Assembly (NCBI RefSeq): GCF_006345805.1
Contig: NC_043004.1
Span: forward strand, 20,336,001 to 20,400,000
Length of the DNA stretch: 64,000 nt
Direction: 5' to 3'
Source: Octopus sinensis
Lineage: Eukaryota
Shown here: piece after piece, positions 27,285 to 40,904 of the stretch
Position numbering within the stretch: the first letter of the stretch is position 1
Layout: the number at the start of each line of letters is the position of its first letter
Program-made: the position numbers and the translations under genes
Notes under the pieces: generated by a model
The model's input: only the letters and a program-made list of their open reading frames with translations
Database searches by the model: none
Told to the model about the DNA's origin: nothing

Positions 27285-29669
27285 TGTGTGTATGTATGTA
27301 TGTATATATGTATGTGTATATGTATGTGTAAATGTATGTGTGTATATGTATGTGTGTATATGCATGTGTGTAAATGCATGTGTGTATATATGTGTGTGTA
27401 TATGCATGCGTGTATATATGTGTGTGTATATGCATGTGTGTGTATGTGTGTGTATATATATATGTGTGTATATGTATGTGTATATATGTATATATATATA
27501 TATATACATAAATCCTCCTTCTTTGTTCAGAAATCAAATGAGCAGATATATGTTTTATATTATAGACTCAAGTAAAGAATTATTAATTTGGCCTGAAGTG
27601 TCTACAGTAAACTTCTACCCAAGCGACATGATTAAATAGTGAATATTGTTAAATAAAAAGAAAATATTTCATTATTTCACAGAATGAACGAACTCCAAAG
27701 GTCTGAAAATGGAAGAATCTAAAATACAAGATTATCTATGATTATCTAACAAAAGTACCTTTAGAAAGTGTGGAGATCATTCTCTCAATATAATCTCTCT
27801 CTTCAAGGAGTGCAACAAAATTCTGACTTGATAATGAGAAAACCAGGAATTTAGTACGTAATTAGTGATTGTTAAACACCAGTCCAGGAGGAACATAAAT
27901 GTTTCCAAGGTAAAATGTGCTCCAGTTTAATTGGAGACTATGTGAGGAACATAGATCTCAAACACTTGCCCATTGCTTTTAATACATTGTTCAAAAGGAT
28001 CTGGAGAATGAATGGTCAAAAGTATGAGATTTTAGTATCCACATAATTGAGGTTTGGAATACAGATGATCTGATGGAATGGTTATTGACTGGGGAAACTA
28101 ATTAGTGTTTCATAGTCAGTGTAAGTGTGATAAAATACAAATAATTGCTTTTAGAGAAAGGAAAAAATTTGAAAGAAAGTAAAAACCCAGCTGTTTGGAT
28201 TTAGAATTAAGTCCTGTGCTAAACACTGAGTATGTAATTGAGACATTGTGAGAATGTTAGTGACCAAGAAGCTATATTCTTCATCACACATATAACTACA
28301 ATCACTATCAATAGAATAGAGAAATCCTTTGGAATTTACAAAATATTTTTAAAAAATTAACTTTTATCTAGTTTCAAAGTGATACTTGGATATCTTCATT
28401 GTTGATCTACATTTGTTTTCTGCAGAGTAAGGATCCTTAAGTTATTTATTGTACCATTTTTTCTCATGAATTTCTCAGCTATGCCACTACTACCAGATTC
28501 ACAAGAATACTCACAACATTAGGATCAGTCCATGTCACCTTACTTAACACTTCTAATGTGGATTGTAATCAGTGACAAAATAGCCTTTAATGATGACAGT
28601 CTCCAATCTAACACCTACTCCTAATAATATCAATGAAAGACCTGACACCACTTTTCCAGGTTAGATCACGCAAAAGCATTATGGTATGGAAACTACCATA
28701 TTGTGATTTGGTGCCTCACCATATACTACCATAAGTTTCCGGTCTTGATCGATGTTACATTTTTATTTAGTGTTGAAGAAATTGTCAAGAAGCATTATTG
28801 CTAATCAATCATATTTTCTTTTCCATGGATGTTTTTATCTAATTACTAACCAATCCTCTCTTTAAACTAATATTCTGCATCACCAAATTTCAGTTAAATG
28901 ATGTTAAAGTAACTCATTTACCAACATTTGCACTTTAAATAAATATAGAATCTCTTTCTTTAGAATATGCATGCTGCAAATAGCAAGTTAGGTTTTCAGG
29001 AAATCAGGTCCTTCTCTAAGTATCATGACATGACTGCATAGATAAACTTGAATGAAACACTCCACATCACAACATCAAGATAAACTGAATGAAACAGCCC
29101 ACATTACAACAGTATGATTCAATGCAACATTTTCTGTTTCATAGGGTATATTTGTGAAATTTTTGTGTCATCATTCATGTTATTGAAAATGTAAGCCATT
29201 CTTAGATTTCCCTTTCTTAATATTCTAACACAAACTTGACCTTGCCTTTTAGGTAAAGTTTTCATCTTACAAAGTAGATTTTCCCAATATCATAATGAAG
29301 TTATAAAGTCCCCAACATTTGGGAATGATTAACATCTAGAATCATTAACATATCCATATTTCCCTTTATCTCAAAATCTAGCACTGAATTTCCCAAAACA
29401 TGACACTGAAAAAGCAAAGTATCAAATCAAATCAATGGGTAAGCCAGGAAATTGTATGTCTGGAAGACAGAACGCCATATTAGTTTATAGCTGCATCTGT
29501 AACATATGTATGGAGATCACTAAGGTGACCTTACAGCAGACAATCATTGTAAAGAAGACAATTGTCAATACATCTCCAACTCATATAAAAGATTTTGTTA
29601 AGAAAAGATTATGTGAATAGATAGCTCAGACAAAAACCATGACATAGTTGTATGCGCACGTGTGTGTGT

Positions 29670-29719
<50 letters not shown>

Positions 29720-30000
29720 TGTGTATGTGTGTTTATGCACACATGTATGCATATGTATGTGTATATGCACACATATATACATCATCCTCACCATTTAACA
29801 GCAGCTTTCCATGCTGGCATGGGTTGGACAGTTCAACACAGAAGCCAGCAAACAAGAAGACTTGTACCAAACACCAATGTCGGCTGCTTTGGCATGGTTT
29901 CTATGGTCGGATGCTCTGTGTAACACTAATCACTTTACAGAGTGTACATAGTACATTTTTGTGACATATGTCTATCTATTTATCTATATATATATTATAC

Positions 30001-30143
30001 ATTCAGCAAAATTTAGATTCAAATGAATATGGTACTTAAGTCAGATGCACCAGAATTTTGTACGGTGTTATCCATATAAATCCATGGGGTGATTATAATC
30101 AAAATAAGCAACAAGAATATTCTTGTTGCTTATTTTGATTATA
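30001..30143. repeat. Small dispersed repeat ending in a 50 bp spacer-less palindrome (30094-30143)
   Basis: tataatcaaaataagcaacaagaat|attcttgttgcttattttgattata; 30003-30080 matches ~56285-56366 in reverse complement; both sit in (TA)n. Confidence 0.85.
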
Positions 30144-31412
30144 TATATATATATATGCATGTGTGTGTATGTGTGTGTGTGTGTGAATATAGACTGAACT
30201 TAAATATTCTATCTAAATGTCTGCCAAAGAGATACCACCATGAAAGAATTAGTACCAGCAATGTGCTAACACCATAGAACTGTATATAAACAGTTACTGA
30301 ATCACGATAATATCTTAGTTCATCTATATCAAGTATCTACACATTATCATTAATCTTTCGAAACCAGAAGTTTCAAAATTTCATTTCAGTTTCTTTATTT
30401 TAGTGATCAAACAACAAATATCAACAACTTATTAAGTATGAAAATATTTGTCCAGTAACTGATGATGTTAATTACTGGATGTCCATACTGTTGTCCTATG
30501 TGTACATCACACAGCAGTGTTCAAATTACATTGTCATTTTACTGACTATTCACTAATACATCATATGTTTACACAAAGAATTTGTATTAGAAGTAGGGAT
30601 GATGATGGTGATGATAGTGTAAATTTAATTGTATAAATGCTATTAGGGGAAATGATGATGTGAATCTACAACTTTGCTTGTAATTATTTTCCTAAAAATA
30701 AAACATCGATAAAAAAAAATTCAGTACAAAATTGTAAAAAATAAAAATTTCATCTGGGCAAAACTGGTGTAATTTGATTGTAAATATAATGAATGGAAAA
30801 AGCTACTGCTGTAAAAGGAAAATAGTAACTATTTGCTGGTAGTTTCTCTTAATATTTCAGAAACCAATTCCATTTAAATGTTCTTTATGTAGAGTTTCCA
30901 TTTAAGCTTTAAAAATATTTCTAATCAATTTAAGGTATTCTGTTTTATTTCGTTTTTATTCTAGTAGGACAAAATATTTTCTGCAAAGTGTTTTTTTTTT
31001 TCACTTATCTAAACAAGTATAACAGAAATAGAATCAACTTGACACTTGTTGGATATTTTCCAAGGGAATTAGTCACTGGAGTAGAAAATACCAAAGTCTT
31101 CTATTAAAGGTAAAATCACGTGAAAACATTATTTCTAGAATGTTCTAGTTTTCAATTTCTTTAAGCCCTCCTGCTGCTCTCATGCAGTAGAAGTTAATAT
31201 AACATGTATAATTTTATCCATAACTTTTTCTCTAACACATTCTTGTTTCCTCATTCTAGTATCGGTTCAGTTATTATAAATTTAGACATGTGTACAATTT
31301 CTTCAAGTGATTTATTCTTTGATGCCCTTCCAAATATTAATCCAATGGAAATCACATGTAAAAAGATAAAATGATAGGCAAGAATCTACGATGATTTTAT
31401 CTCAATCAAAGG

Positions 31413-31629
31413 AGAGGGGCTTTCTCCGTCCGGGTTGTGGATCAGTGGAATAAGCTGCCAGATGAGATAGTGAAGATGCCGACGACAGCTCGATTCAAAG
31501 TCTCTCTTGACCAGAAATTGCATGAACTCTTTGTATGACCACCCTCCCTGTACATAACTCACTGTCCCCCTACATGGCCTTACATTTGCTTTTGGAGCAA
31601 ATAAAAATTGAATTGAATTGAATTGAATA
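31413..31629 (+). mobile_element. 3' end of a CR1/L2-group LINE
   Basis: RGAFSVRVVDQWNKLPDEIV...FKVSLD C-terminal motif, stop, short UTR and (AATTG)n tail. Confidence 0.8.
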
Positions 31630-32837
31630 GATTAAAGTACACAAAAAGGCACATTTGGGGGACAACTGTGGTACTTTGAAGTATGAAGTACTTTGGTTAG
31701 AAACTTTCAGAAAATATTACAGATTCATTAGCAACATGGACACCAGTATACCACTGTCCTTAAAACCAGTGTATTTCCCAAATGATCTGATCAAACATTA
31801 ATCATATATAGACATGAACATAGACTATCTACAACCTGGTAATGTCCAAAAGCTGAGCTATTATGTAGGAATCAATCGCTGACTGAAATCTATTTAATTT
31901 AGTTCCACTTATCCATTCCAAAAATGTAATTTTTGTAAAATTATTATTTCCTTGAACAAAGTGCTTCATTCACATGCTGCTCCAGTCTACTCAGCCTTTT
32001 CTCCTTCCAGCTGCAACATTCTCAATGTATGGGAGGATCAATAGGATGTCTATTTGTGTTCACAACAAAGACACCTAAACCAATAAGTAAAAGTATGGTG
32101 CATGCTACCAGGTTGTACTCAATTGAGAATAAAGGTAATTGGATAACTGTTTACAAGCAACAAAGATTAGTTTCAAATTTCAGTGCAAGGCCAGCAGTTT
32201 TGGGGCCCCCAACTGGTACTCATTTTATCGACCCCTTTTGGGGTCGTTTAGATGAAAGACAAAGTCAGCCTCACCAGAATTTGAACTGGGAACATAAAGA
32301 CAGATGAAATGCCACAAAGAATTTTGCCCAGCAGGCTCACAATTCTGTCAGTTTGCCACCTTAAAACAAGCAGCGAATACTAAGAATACAAAAGTAGATG
32401 AGTATTTGACAATGTGTAAATATATGAAATGTTGATGCCATCATCATAAAGTATAAGCTATAAGGCAGAGATTTAAAAATTTAAAAGACTTACTGCAGTT
32501 CTAGATTCATTCTCATGTATGTAAAAAATTGATTATTTACCACTTATAATTCATTTGTAAAAATACTTGATTTTATTTTCAGGACAATTTTGCTACTAAT
32601 ATTTAGCATCCAAAATTAACCGAATGAGGGGGTTGTATGATAAATTAATTGCATTTAAAGCTTTAACAGCAAGCAAACTGATAAATTCAAGCCACAAACT
32701 TTTACTTGATTAACTCATTAATATAGACATAGGCAACTTAGGAATCGTATCTTCTTATTACTGTATCTGTACATTCAACATTATGTTTCAGAGCTGAAAT
32801 CTTCACCATGGCACTTCTTTGACACCAGAGAGTATCA

Positions 32838-33009
32838 GCATTATTTATATTATTTACATTTTTTACTTTATTTACATATGTCCATGGGCATATGGCATAG
32901 TGGTTAAGAGACCAGGCTACTAACCCCAAGATTCCGAGTTTGATTCCAGGCAGTGATCTGAATAATAATAATGATAGTAATAATAATGATAATAATGATG
33001 ATAATAGTG

Positions 33010-33060
<51 letters not shown>

Positions 33061-33283
33061 GTAATAATAGTAATAATAATAATAATAATAATAATAGTAA
33101 TAATAATAACCACATTGAAAAATATCTTAGGAATGAGAACCCAATTTCGAAATTTCCCCAAGACACCTGATGAAGGATGGAGGGTATATCAACTGAAACA
33201 TTGTGTTAACAACAAACAAGATGAGGACAAATATCCGTCAAATGTAAATAATGTACATAATTCCTCATCTCTTAAATATAGAA
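32838..33283 (+). mobile_element. Composite non-autonomous retroelement: tRNA-like head + (AAT)n + hammerhead-like tail, 12 bp TSD
   Basis: Direct repeat CAGAGAGTATCA at 32826-32837 and 33284-33295; A box tggcatagtgg and B-box-like gagtttgattcc; HHR motif at 33162-33207; 32846-32861 is an inverted copy of 33240-33255. Confidence 0.8.
33162..33207 (+). ncRNA. Minimal type-I hammerhead ribozyme motif
   Basis: gacac-CTGATGA-aggatgg...caact-GAAA-ca-TT-gtgtt; stem I gacac/gtgtt; stems II and III carry substitutions. Confidence 0.6.
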
Positions 33284-35112
33284 CAGAGAGTATCAAGTTT
33301 GTTGGTTCACAACTTAATGATGTTATATTTCAAATACAAAGAATTGTTGTCTTGTAATGAGTGGATCCCATTGACAAGATGTTTTTTATATTATTGATGA
33401 TAATACTGAAATTGAGCCAGTCTCTACAATGTAATTCATAAAATCCCACTTGAACTAATAATCCCTATTCGGTTCATAACATTGCAACAGAATTATAGCA
33501 AGACGGGTGTGAGGGATCACTTGTCCCCAGGTGCAGGTAAGAAGGGGGGCAAAATTTTCTTTAGTTTATATTGCATTCTATTGAAAGTAAGGTGCATCAA
33601 ATGTATCTCCCCATCTCCAAAGCAATGAAAGCTTTCACAACACTACTGCATCGTAATCAGCCCCATGTAGAGTTCTATAGTTAAGTTTCTTTGCAAAGAT
33701 ATGCTGGGTTCAATCCCACAGGATGGCATCTTGGACAAATATCATCTACAATAAGCTCAGGTTGACAAACACTGCATGAGTAAAATTTGATAAATTCTTT
33801 GCAGAATTTGTTGTATGTGCATAGATTAGCATCTGCATCACTCATTAGACTGGTGTTTTTAAGTTCCCTTTTACAGGTAAAACTTATCACACACACCTAT
33901 TACCTTCCATAGGGTGGGTAGTTTTCTTGACTAATGTGGACTTTAGATAATATTTGTAACTAATCTCAGTTCTATAAGACAGAAAATGTAATGAGATAGC
34001 AATAGTTGTTATTTTCTGAGAAAGAGCAAAACTTGTTAAACATTGCAAACACACTCTAAACCGAAATTTGATTACTTCAGAAACAATCACAAAGAAAAAT
34101 ACAAGGAAAATAAACAAAAAAATGCACAGAAGACTGAGAAAGTCTGATATGAACAGCCATGTTGTTGTTCACTACATCTGTTGGGAGGGGAGAATCTGAT
34201 TAGAAAATTCCTATTTAACGCATTAAACCCAAAGGAGACAATATGAAAAACAAATAAAGAATTCTACTTTCTGGCTTACATTCAATAGGACGGTAGATTT
34301 TTTTTCTTCAAAATAATTCAGTTATTTTCAAACTAATTACTCAGATTTAATCTGAGTTTCAATCTTAACATTAGTCACCTGAGTTTTATGCTGAGACTAA
34401 ATGACATGTTTAAAGCTGTTTGTTTTTTACCTGTACAACTACAGCGTGAATGAATATTTGGGTGTCTTGTGAAATTCCATTATTTTAATGTTTCAGTCTA
34501 GAAGGATGAGCAGCATCCATGACTCTTTTCAGGGGTCCATCATGACTGATAAGAGAAAGAGTGAACGTTACCTACAGACTGGAGACCTGGCCTGAATGAT
34601 CATCACTGAGTAGACATACCTGAAGATCCCCAAGGACCAAGTTGGTGGTGTTAAACAAGGCTACATCTTTTGTCTATGATTTGAGATCAAGAATGGCCTC
34701 TAAGCATGTTGGCCAACATGCTAACAATCTGTTCACTGCCTTAGTATCCATAAATATTCCATTCAAATTTTTGGTGTAAACCAACAAGTTTGGGAAAGTG
34801 GGTAAGTCAACTACATTAACCCTAGTGTTGAACTGACCCTTATTTTATCAACCTTGGAAAGATGAAAGGCAAAACTGACCTTGGTGGAATTTGAAATTTG
34901 AACACACGGCTGAATGAAATGCCACTAATAATTTTGTCCAGTATTCTAGAGATCCTGTCAGCTCATAGTCTTAGTATCAAGAAATATTAAAAGTATTTTT
35001 AGTTAGTCATTAAAACTTATAAAAAATAACTAAGCATTAAATTCTCTGTGTCACTTTCATATATGTATGTATGAGTGTGTGTGCGTGTGCTTGTATATAT
35101 ATATATATATAT

Positions 35113-35485
35113 TCTTTTACTTGTTTCAGACATTTGATTGTGGCCATATCTGTGCACTGCCTTAAAGGGTTTTAGCCAAAGACATCAACCCCAGAGCTTA
35201 TTCTTTGTAAGCCTAGTACTTATTCTATTGGTCTCTTTTGCCAAACTGCTAGGTTACGGGAATGTAAACACACCAACATTGGTTTTCAACCAATGGTGGG
35301 CAGACAAACACAGATGCACACACACATAAATACGATGGGCTTCTTTCAGTTTCTGTCTACCAAATCCACTCACAGGGCTTTGGCTGGCCTGAGGCTATAA
35401 AAGACATTTGCACAAGGTGCTATGCAGTGGGACTGAACCCAAAACCATGTGGTCGAGAAGCAATCTTCTTACCACACAGCCATGC
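35113..35485 (-). mobile_element. SINE family A
   Basis: Full head and tail as 8081-8510. Confidence 0.85.
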
Positions 35486-35492
35486 TATATAT

Positions 35493-35545
<53 letters not shown>

Positions 35546-35710
35546 TATATATATTATATATACATATATATATATACATATATATATACATATATTATAT
35601 ACATATATATATATATATATAATATATATACATATATATATATATCATATATATATATATATTATATATATATATATATATATGATATATATATATATAT
35701 ATATATATAT

Positions 35711-38700
35711 TTGTAAAAAATGAAGTTCGAAAATGCTGCTGTATTATACAATTTTTTATTTTTATATATACATTATAACATGTTTCAGTTCCTGAAATGA
35801 ACCTTATCAAAAAAGTTATATATAAAAAAGAGACAGCTCATGCCGTCAAACACAAGAAATTCATTTATATACACAACGGAGTCAGACATCTTAGAGTTCA
35901 TGTATAGTTGATATATAGTTCATGTATAGTTGATATATAGTTTGAAGTATATGTTCAAAGTGTTCGATGCAGTGGCCCACGGTGGCGATACGTATTCAAT
36001 ACAAAAAACAGATCAAAGTGGTGGAAAGCGGTCAATACAGAAGATTGATGTTTCCGAAAGAGCGAGGAATTCATTTTTACCTTAAGCAATTGTGATGACC
36101 CATGGTGGAAGTTCGCTGGGTGGTTCTAGTGATTTTTTGTGAAATGCTTGGTTTTATAATGCCTGTTAGGTGGTCAATCTAGCGTAGCGTGACGTCATCA
36201 ATGTTTTGACCAATCGTTTCGTTAGGTGCTTTAATCAAGTGGAACGGGACGTCATCATTATTTTGACCAATGGCTGCATTATAACTCCCTCTTGTTTGTT
36301 TCCTGTCTTGACCAGTCGCTTCGTTAGTCAAGCATAGCGGGACGTCATCCAGATTCTGCCCAATCACGACTTATAGCTACATTAGATCTGCCCCCTGTCT
36401 GTACTTGTTAGGTGACTATTCAAGCAGAAAAGGACGTCATCAATATTCTGACTAATGACTGTCCCCTGTTTGTATCCTGTCCATTCTAGCAGAGCTAGAC
36501 GTCATCAACTTGTTGACCAATCAGAATCGGGTCTGACCCTTAGCTGTATCGTATGTATCAGGGTCAGATTTGCACGAAAGAATTTTTTTCCCTTTTTTAC
36601 TAAGGCATATTTCCGTCAGAGTGAGTGTCTGTTTGAAGTAGCGGCCGTGGTGAAATTTGGTTCTCCTTTTCGGAGGACTTATCTTTTGTTTTAGTATTCT
36701 GGCCCAGGTGTTTAAACTTGGTCTAAATTTTTTTATGAAATATAGTTCTTTATTTTGGCGTTGTGTGAAGGTTGCGTTGTCACTGAATTTATAGAGCGGG
36801 TTAGTTGTAAATTTCGGATTTACATTTCCAGCACATCTCTATGTGTCCGCTGACCGGTATTTTGCGGTAATCAGGGTTTCTAATTTGTGATTTATGCACC
36901 GCCATCCTGTTACGTAAGCTATTTTTTGTATGGCCTATATACTGCCTATTGCAGCCTGCGCATGTTGACGTAAATTAAGTTTTCTGATGCGCAGGTGAAG
37001 TTTGTTCTAATGGTGAACTGGTGGCCTTGTTCCAGTATAAATTCTGATCCTTCTTTCAGATGACACAGATTCCGCAGTTGGGCCTTCCACATTTTCTAAC
37101 TGCTGGTTTTGTGGTTGATGTTGAGTGCAGTGTAGCTTGGGTTAAAATCCTTTTCAAGGATTTTGGTTGCCGTTTACTTTTAATGATGGTGTGTGTTTCG
37201 AGGATCCGGTTCATCTTTGGGTCTCCCTTTAGTAGGGCTGTGCTTTGTAGTATGGTGTTGAAGGCCTCATTGTTGAGTGGGTTGTGTGTAGAGATGTAGG
37301 GAAGGGTTTTTAATTGTTCTTTCTTTTTTGGTTTTGTTTGTCTCAGGTCTTCTATACTTAATTTAAGTACCCGTTGGATTGCACTGTCTATTAGGGGCTG
37401 TGGATAGTTCTATTTGTGAGTGTGGTTCTAAGTTCCTGGAGACGTGTGTGTCGGGTTTTTGTGTCTGATTTATGGTGCAAATCCTTCTAGCTAAACAAAA
37501 AGGGACATTCATTCTAGTGTGTCGTGGGTGGCATGAATCAAAGGGTAGGTACTGTTTAGAGTCTGTCGGTTTATAGTAGATATCTGTCTCTATTTTGTTG
37601 CCGGTTATCTTAATGAGGATGTCTAAAAATGGTAATTCTTTTTCGTTGTGGTCCATCGTGAATTGTATATTGTCATTTATTCCATTTAATAGAATTTTAA
37701 ATTCCTCAAGTTTCTCTATGCCTTTGTCCCAGATGATGAACAGTCATCGAGGTATCTTTTCCAGTTGTTATGGATATAGGTGGCGAAGGTGTTTCCATAT
37801 TTCTCGAGTGTCATCCGGTATAGTATTTTCTCGAGGTATCCCATCACTAGGTTGGCAAAAGATGGTGCAGTACGCGTGCCCATCGCTGTTCCCGATCTTT
37901 GCCTGTAGAAATCATTGTCAAAAATAAAATAATTGTTCTCTAAAATGAATCTAAGTCCTTCTATTATAAGGTCTTTGTTTATGCGAGTTGGGAGTTCAAA
38001 GGGGTAGTTATTCAGCCAGAAGGTGATTGCTTCTATTCCTAGGTTGTGAGGGATGTTAGAATAAAGATTAACTACGTCGAATGATACTAGAAGGGTTTTC
38101 TCATTGACTGTTTTAGGGAGGTGGTGAGCATATCTATATCGTCTCTTACGTAGCTTTTGATGCGTTTTAGGAAAGGTTTAAGAAGTGTGTCTAAGAAATT
38201 GCTGAGGCGGTGAGTTTCACATGCTGGCCCTGCTATTATCGGTCTTAGTTTAAGATCATTTGGTGAAGGGATTTTGATGAGTGTGTCGGTGGATGTTTTG
38301 CACGTTTCTCTAATGGTTTGGCTTTTGTGTACCTTAGGGATACCATAGAAAAACTCGATTTGCATTTGAAGTTAGTGATGTATTCATACTCCTTGTTCGT
38401 GAGTCCTTCTTGGTATGTGTTGATTAATGTCCTAAGGTTATGCATTATTTTTTGCTGGTTATACTGTTGGGCCCTTTCATAATACGTTTCATCTCTTAAT
38501 AGGGATAGCACTAAATTTTTATAATTGTTTGTATTCATTATTACTATCGCGTTGCCCTTATCTGCCTCCTTAATTGTTATTGTTTTGTCTTCTCTTAGTT
38601 TGATGAGGTCGTTCCATTCTCTTTTGTTGAAGTTAGGGCTGTGTTTTTGTTTCTTGATGAATTGAAACGGGAAATTAGTTATGTAGTCACAATAGCGGTC

Positions 38701-38925
38701 TAAGGCTTTATTCTTACCTTTGGTGGGGGTGTAATTGCTCTTGTTTCTAGCTATTGAGTCCTCCTCTATTTGTTTGTCTTGAAATGCCTCGGTGAGTCTT
38801 AGTTTTCTGCAAAATTCCGAAATATCATCTTTCATTTCATAATAATTAGAACGTTGTTGGGTGGGTGTAAATTTAAGTCCTTTGGAGAGTATGCTTATTT
38901 CGTTAGGTGTAAGTTCTTTGTTTAC
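35711..38925 (-). mobile_element. Penelope-like retroelement, Neptune-type (RT + Cys-rich linker + C-terminal GIY-YIG), 5'-truncated and frameshifted
   Basis: Minus-strand motifs LSKGLKFTPT, IKEADKGNAIVIM, FYGIPKVHK, LRPIIAG, SFDVVNLYSNIP, GTAMGT, RYLDD, LPFLDI, YYKPTD..YL.FDSCHP, KCGRPNCGIC, LIYV..CAGCNRQYIGHT, R..KE.YFIKKF.PSLN; bounded on both sides by long (TA)n. Confidence 0.92.
36185..36530. promoter_or_regulatory. Five degenerate GACGTCATC...CCAAT modules in the PLE 3' region
   Basis: Modules start at ~36191, 36248, 36341, 36433, 36498. Confidence 0.55.
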
Positions 38926-38992
<67 letters not shown>

Positions 38993-39534
38993 AATAAAAA
39001 TAAAAATCTCTGTTGATTCATCAGAGGTGTTAAATTACTGGATACACCACACTACAAATGTAAAGTATTCTTTAATATATTACATCTGAAGAGTTCCAGT
39101 ATCCAGAGTTTCCAATCATCAGCTCATAAACCAAGCCTGGTTTTCTTTTCAACTATCCATAGTCGGAATATTTTTCTAAATATGAAATGAAAGTTTATCC
39201 TTATCTTCTGTCTGAAAACCTTTGTGAAGGACACCTGGGAAAATGGCTGCTTCAAGCTCCTGCTTTTGATTTTCTTTTCTGGTTTCCTTGGTAATATCAT
39301 TATAAATGTCATAAACTCCATTCACAGATCCTATATAATTAATGAGTTATTTAGTGTATCAATCAGTCCAGTCAACACAAGAAAAATATATGTGTGTTTA
39401 TTTTTGAGTGTGTGTGATACTAGTGTCCTTCTCATTTTGGTTATATCAGTAGAGTTACATTGCTGTCAATAGATAGTCTTCTCACAAGAAGAATGGCAAA
39501 CAATAAATCATAAAACATCTATCTTTTACCTTTT

Positions 39535-39766
39535 ATCCTTTACTTGTTTCAGTTATTAGACAGCGACCATGCTGGGGCACCATGTTTTAAGAATTTTAGT
39601 CAAATAAATTGATTCCAGAATTTATTTATTTATTCATCATGAAGTCTGGTACTTATTCTACTGCACTATTCTGCCAAACTGCTAAGTTACAGGGATGTAA
39701 ACATTCCAACACTGCTTGTCAAGAGGTGGTGGGGGACAAACACAGATATGAAGACACACACACATG

Positions 39767-39803
<37 letters not shown>

Positions 39804-39859
39804 CAAAGGTGGTGCTCCTGCATGGCCACAATCAAATGACTGAAACAAGTAAAGGAATA

Positions 39860-39892
<33 letters not shown>

Positions 39893-39983
39893 CGACAGGC
39901 TTCTTTCAGTTTCTGTCTACCATATCCACTCATAAGTCTTTGCTTGGTCTGGGGTTATAGCAGAAGACACCTTCCCAAGGTGA
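39535..39983 (-). mobile_element. SINE family A (rearranged)
   Basis: Tail ttttacttgtttcag..., ttctttcagtttctgtctacc... Confidence 0.75.
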
Positions 39984-40642
39984 CACACAAAAGGGCTTGT
40001 ACACTGTGGGAGAATATATAACCAGGAAATTTTCCTCCACCTAAGTATCTATACCTATCTTCACTATTTATTCACAAAAAGGAATCATCATACATAAATC
40101 CACACTCTTCCTAAGAAGATACAGAAATTTTTTTTAAATGTATATTCTGCATCTGAGCGAGTAACAGTACATTCTGCAAATATATCATCAGAAGTAACTT
40201 ACACAAGAATTGCCTAAATTTTGAACTGCATATAAAACCTCTTAACATCAGAATAAAAGCACTATGAAAGATATTTTTATTGAAGAAATGCATGCAAATC
40301 AGAAATAACAAAGCATATATGCAACAAAATATTCGAAATTATGTACTGCTGTGTAATCCCATTAAGCATAGTTACTTGCCAAATATAAAGAGAAATTCTA
40401 CCATTTGTACAAAAATCTTCCCAGCGATTTTAGAATGATTCATAGTTACACAGCTCCTCATTATTATGTTTTTTTTAAAATAAATCTTCTTAGATCTCCA
40501 TTAAGATGGAGATATTAAATAATAGATTTCATCATATAAAATATTACGTTAGCAACATAATTGGAGAAAAAGTACACATACATGTGTGTGTATGAATTAT
40601 ATATATATATACATGTGCATATTATATATGTATGAGTGTGTG

Positions 40643-40703
<61 letters not shown>

Positions 40704-40904
40704 GTGTATATATATATATGTATATTTATAATGATGTGTATGTATAATTATATATATGTGTGTGTGTGTGTATGTATGAATGTATATATATATATATATG
40801 TATATTTATAAAGATGTGTATGTGTAATTATATATATATGTGTGTTTGTATGTATATATAAGAAATATACATGTATATTTTTATGGTGTTTATATGTGTA
40901 TCCT

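Noticed and set aside
26992-27639. Long overlapping ORFs (HT/YI/CV repeats), and similar ones throughout
   Set aside because: Translations of (TA)n/(CA)n/(TG)n microsatellites.
32738-33357. Poly-L/I/N ORFs
   Set aside because: (AAT)n microsatellite inside the composite element.
36185-36530. Repeat-spacer pattern superficially like a CRISPR array
   Set aside because: Repeats short and degenerate, spacing irregular, eukaryotic retroelement context, no cas genes.
39005-39125. CTGATGA/CTGAAGA boxes near the PLE 5' junction
   Set aside because: Could not build stems I-III around any of them.
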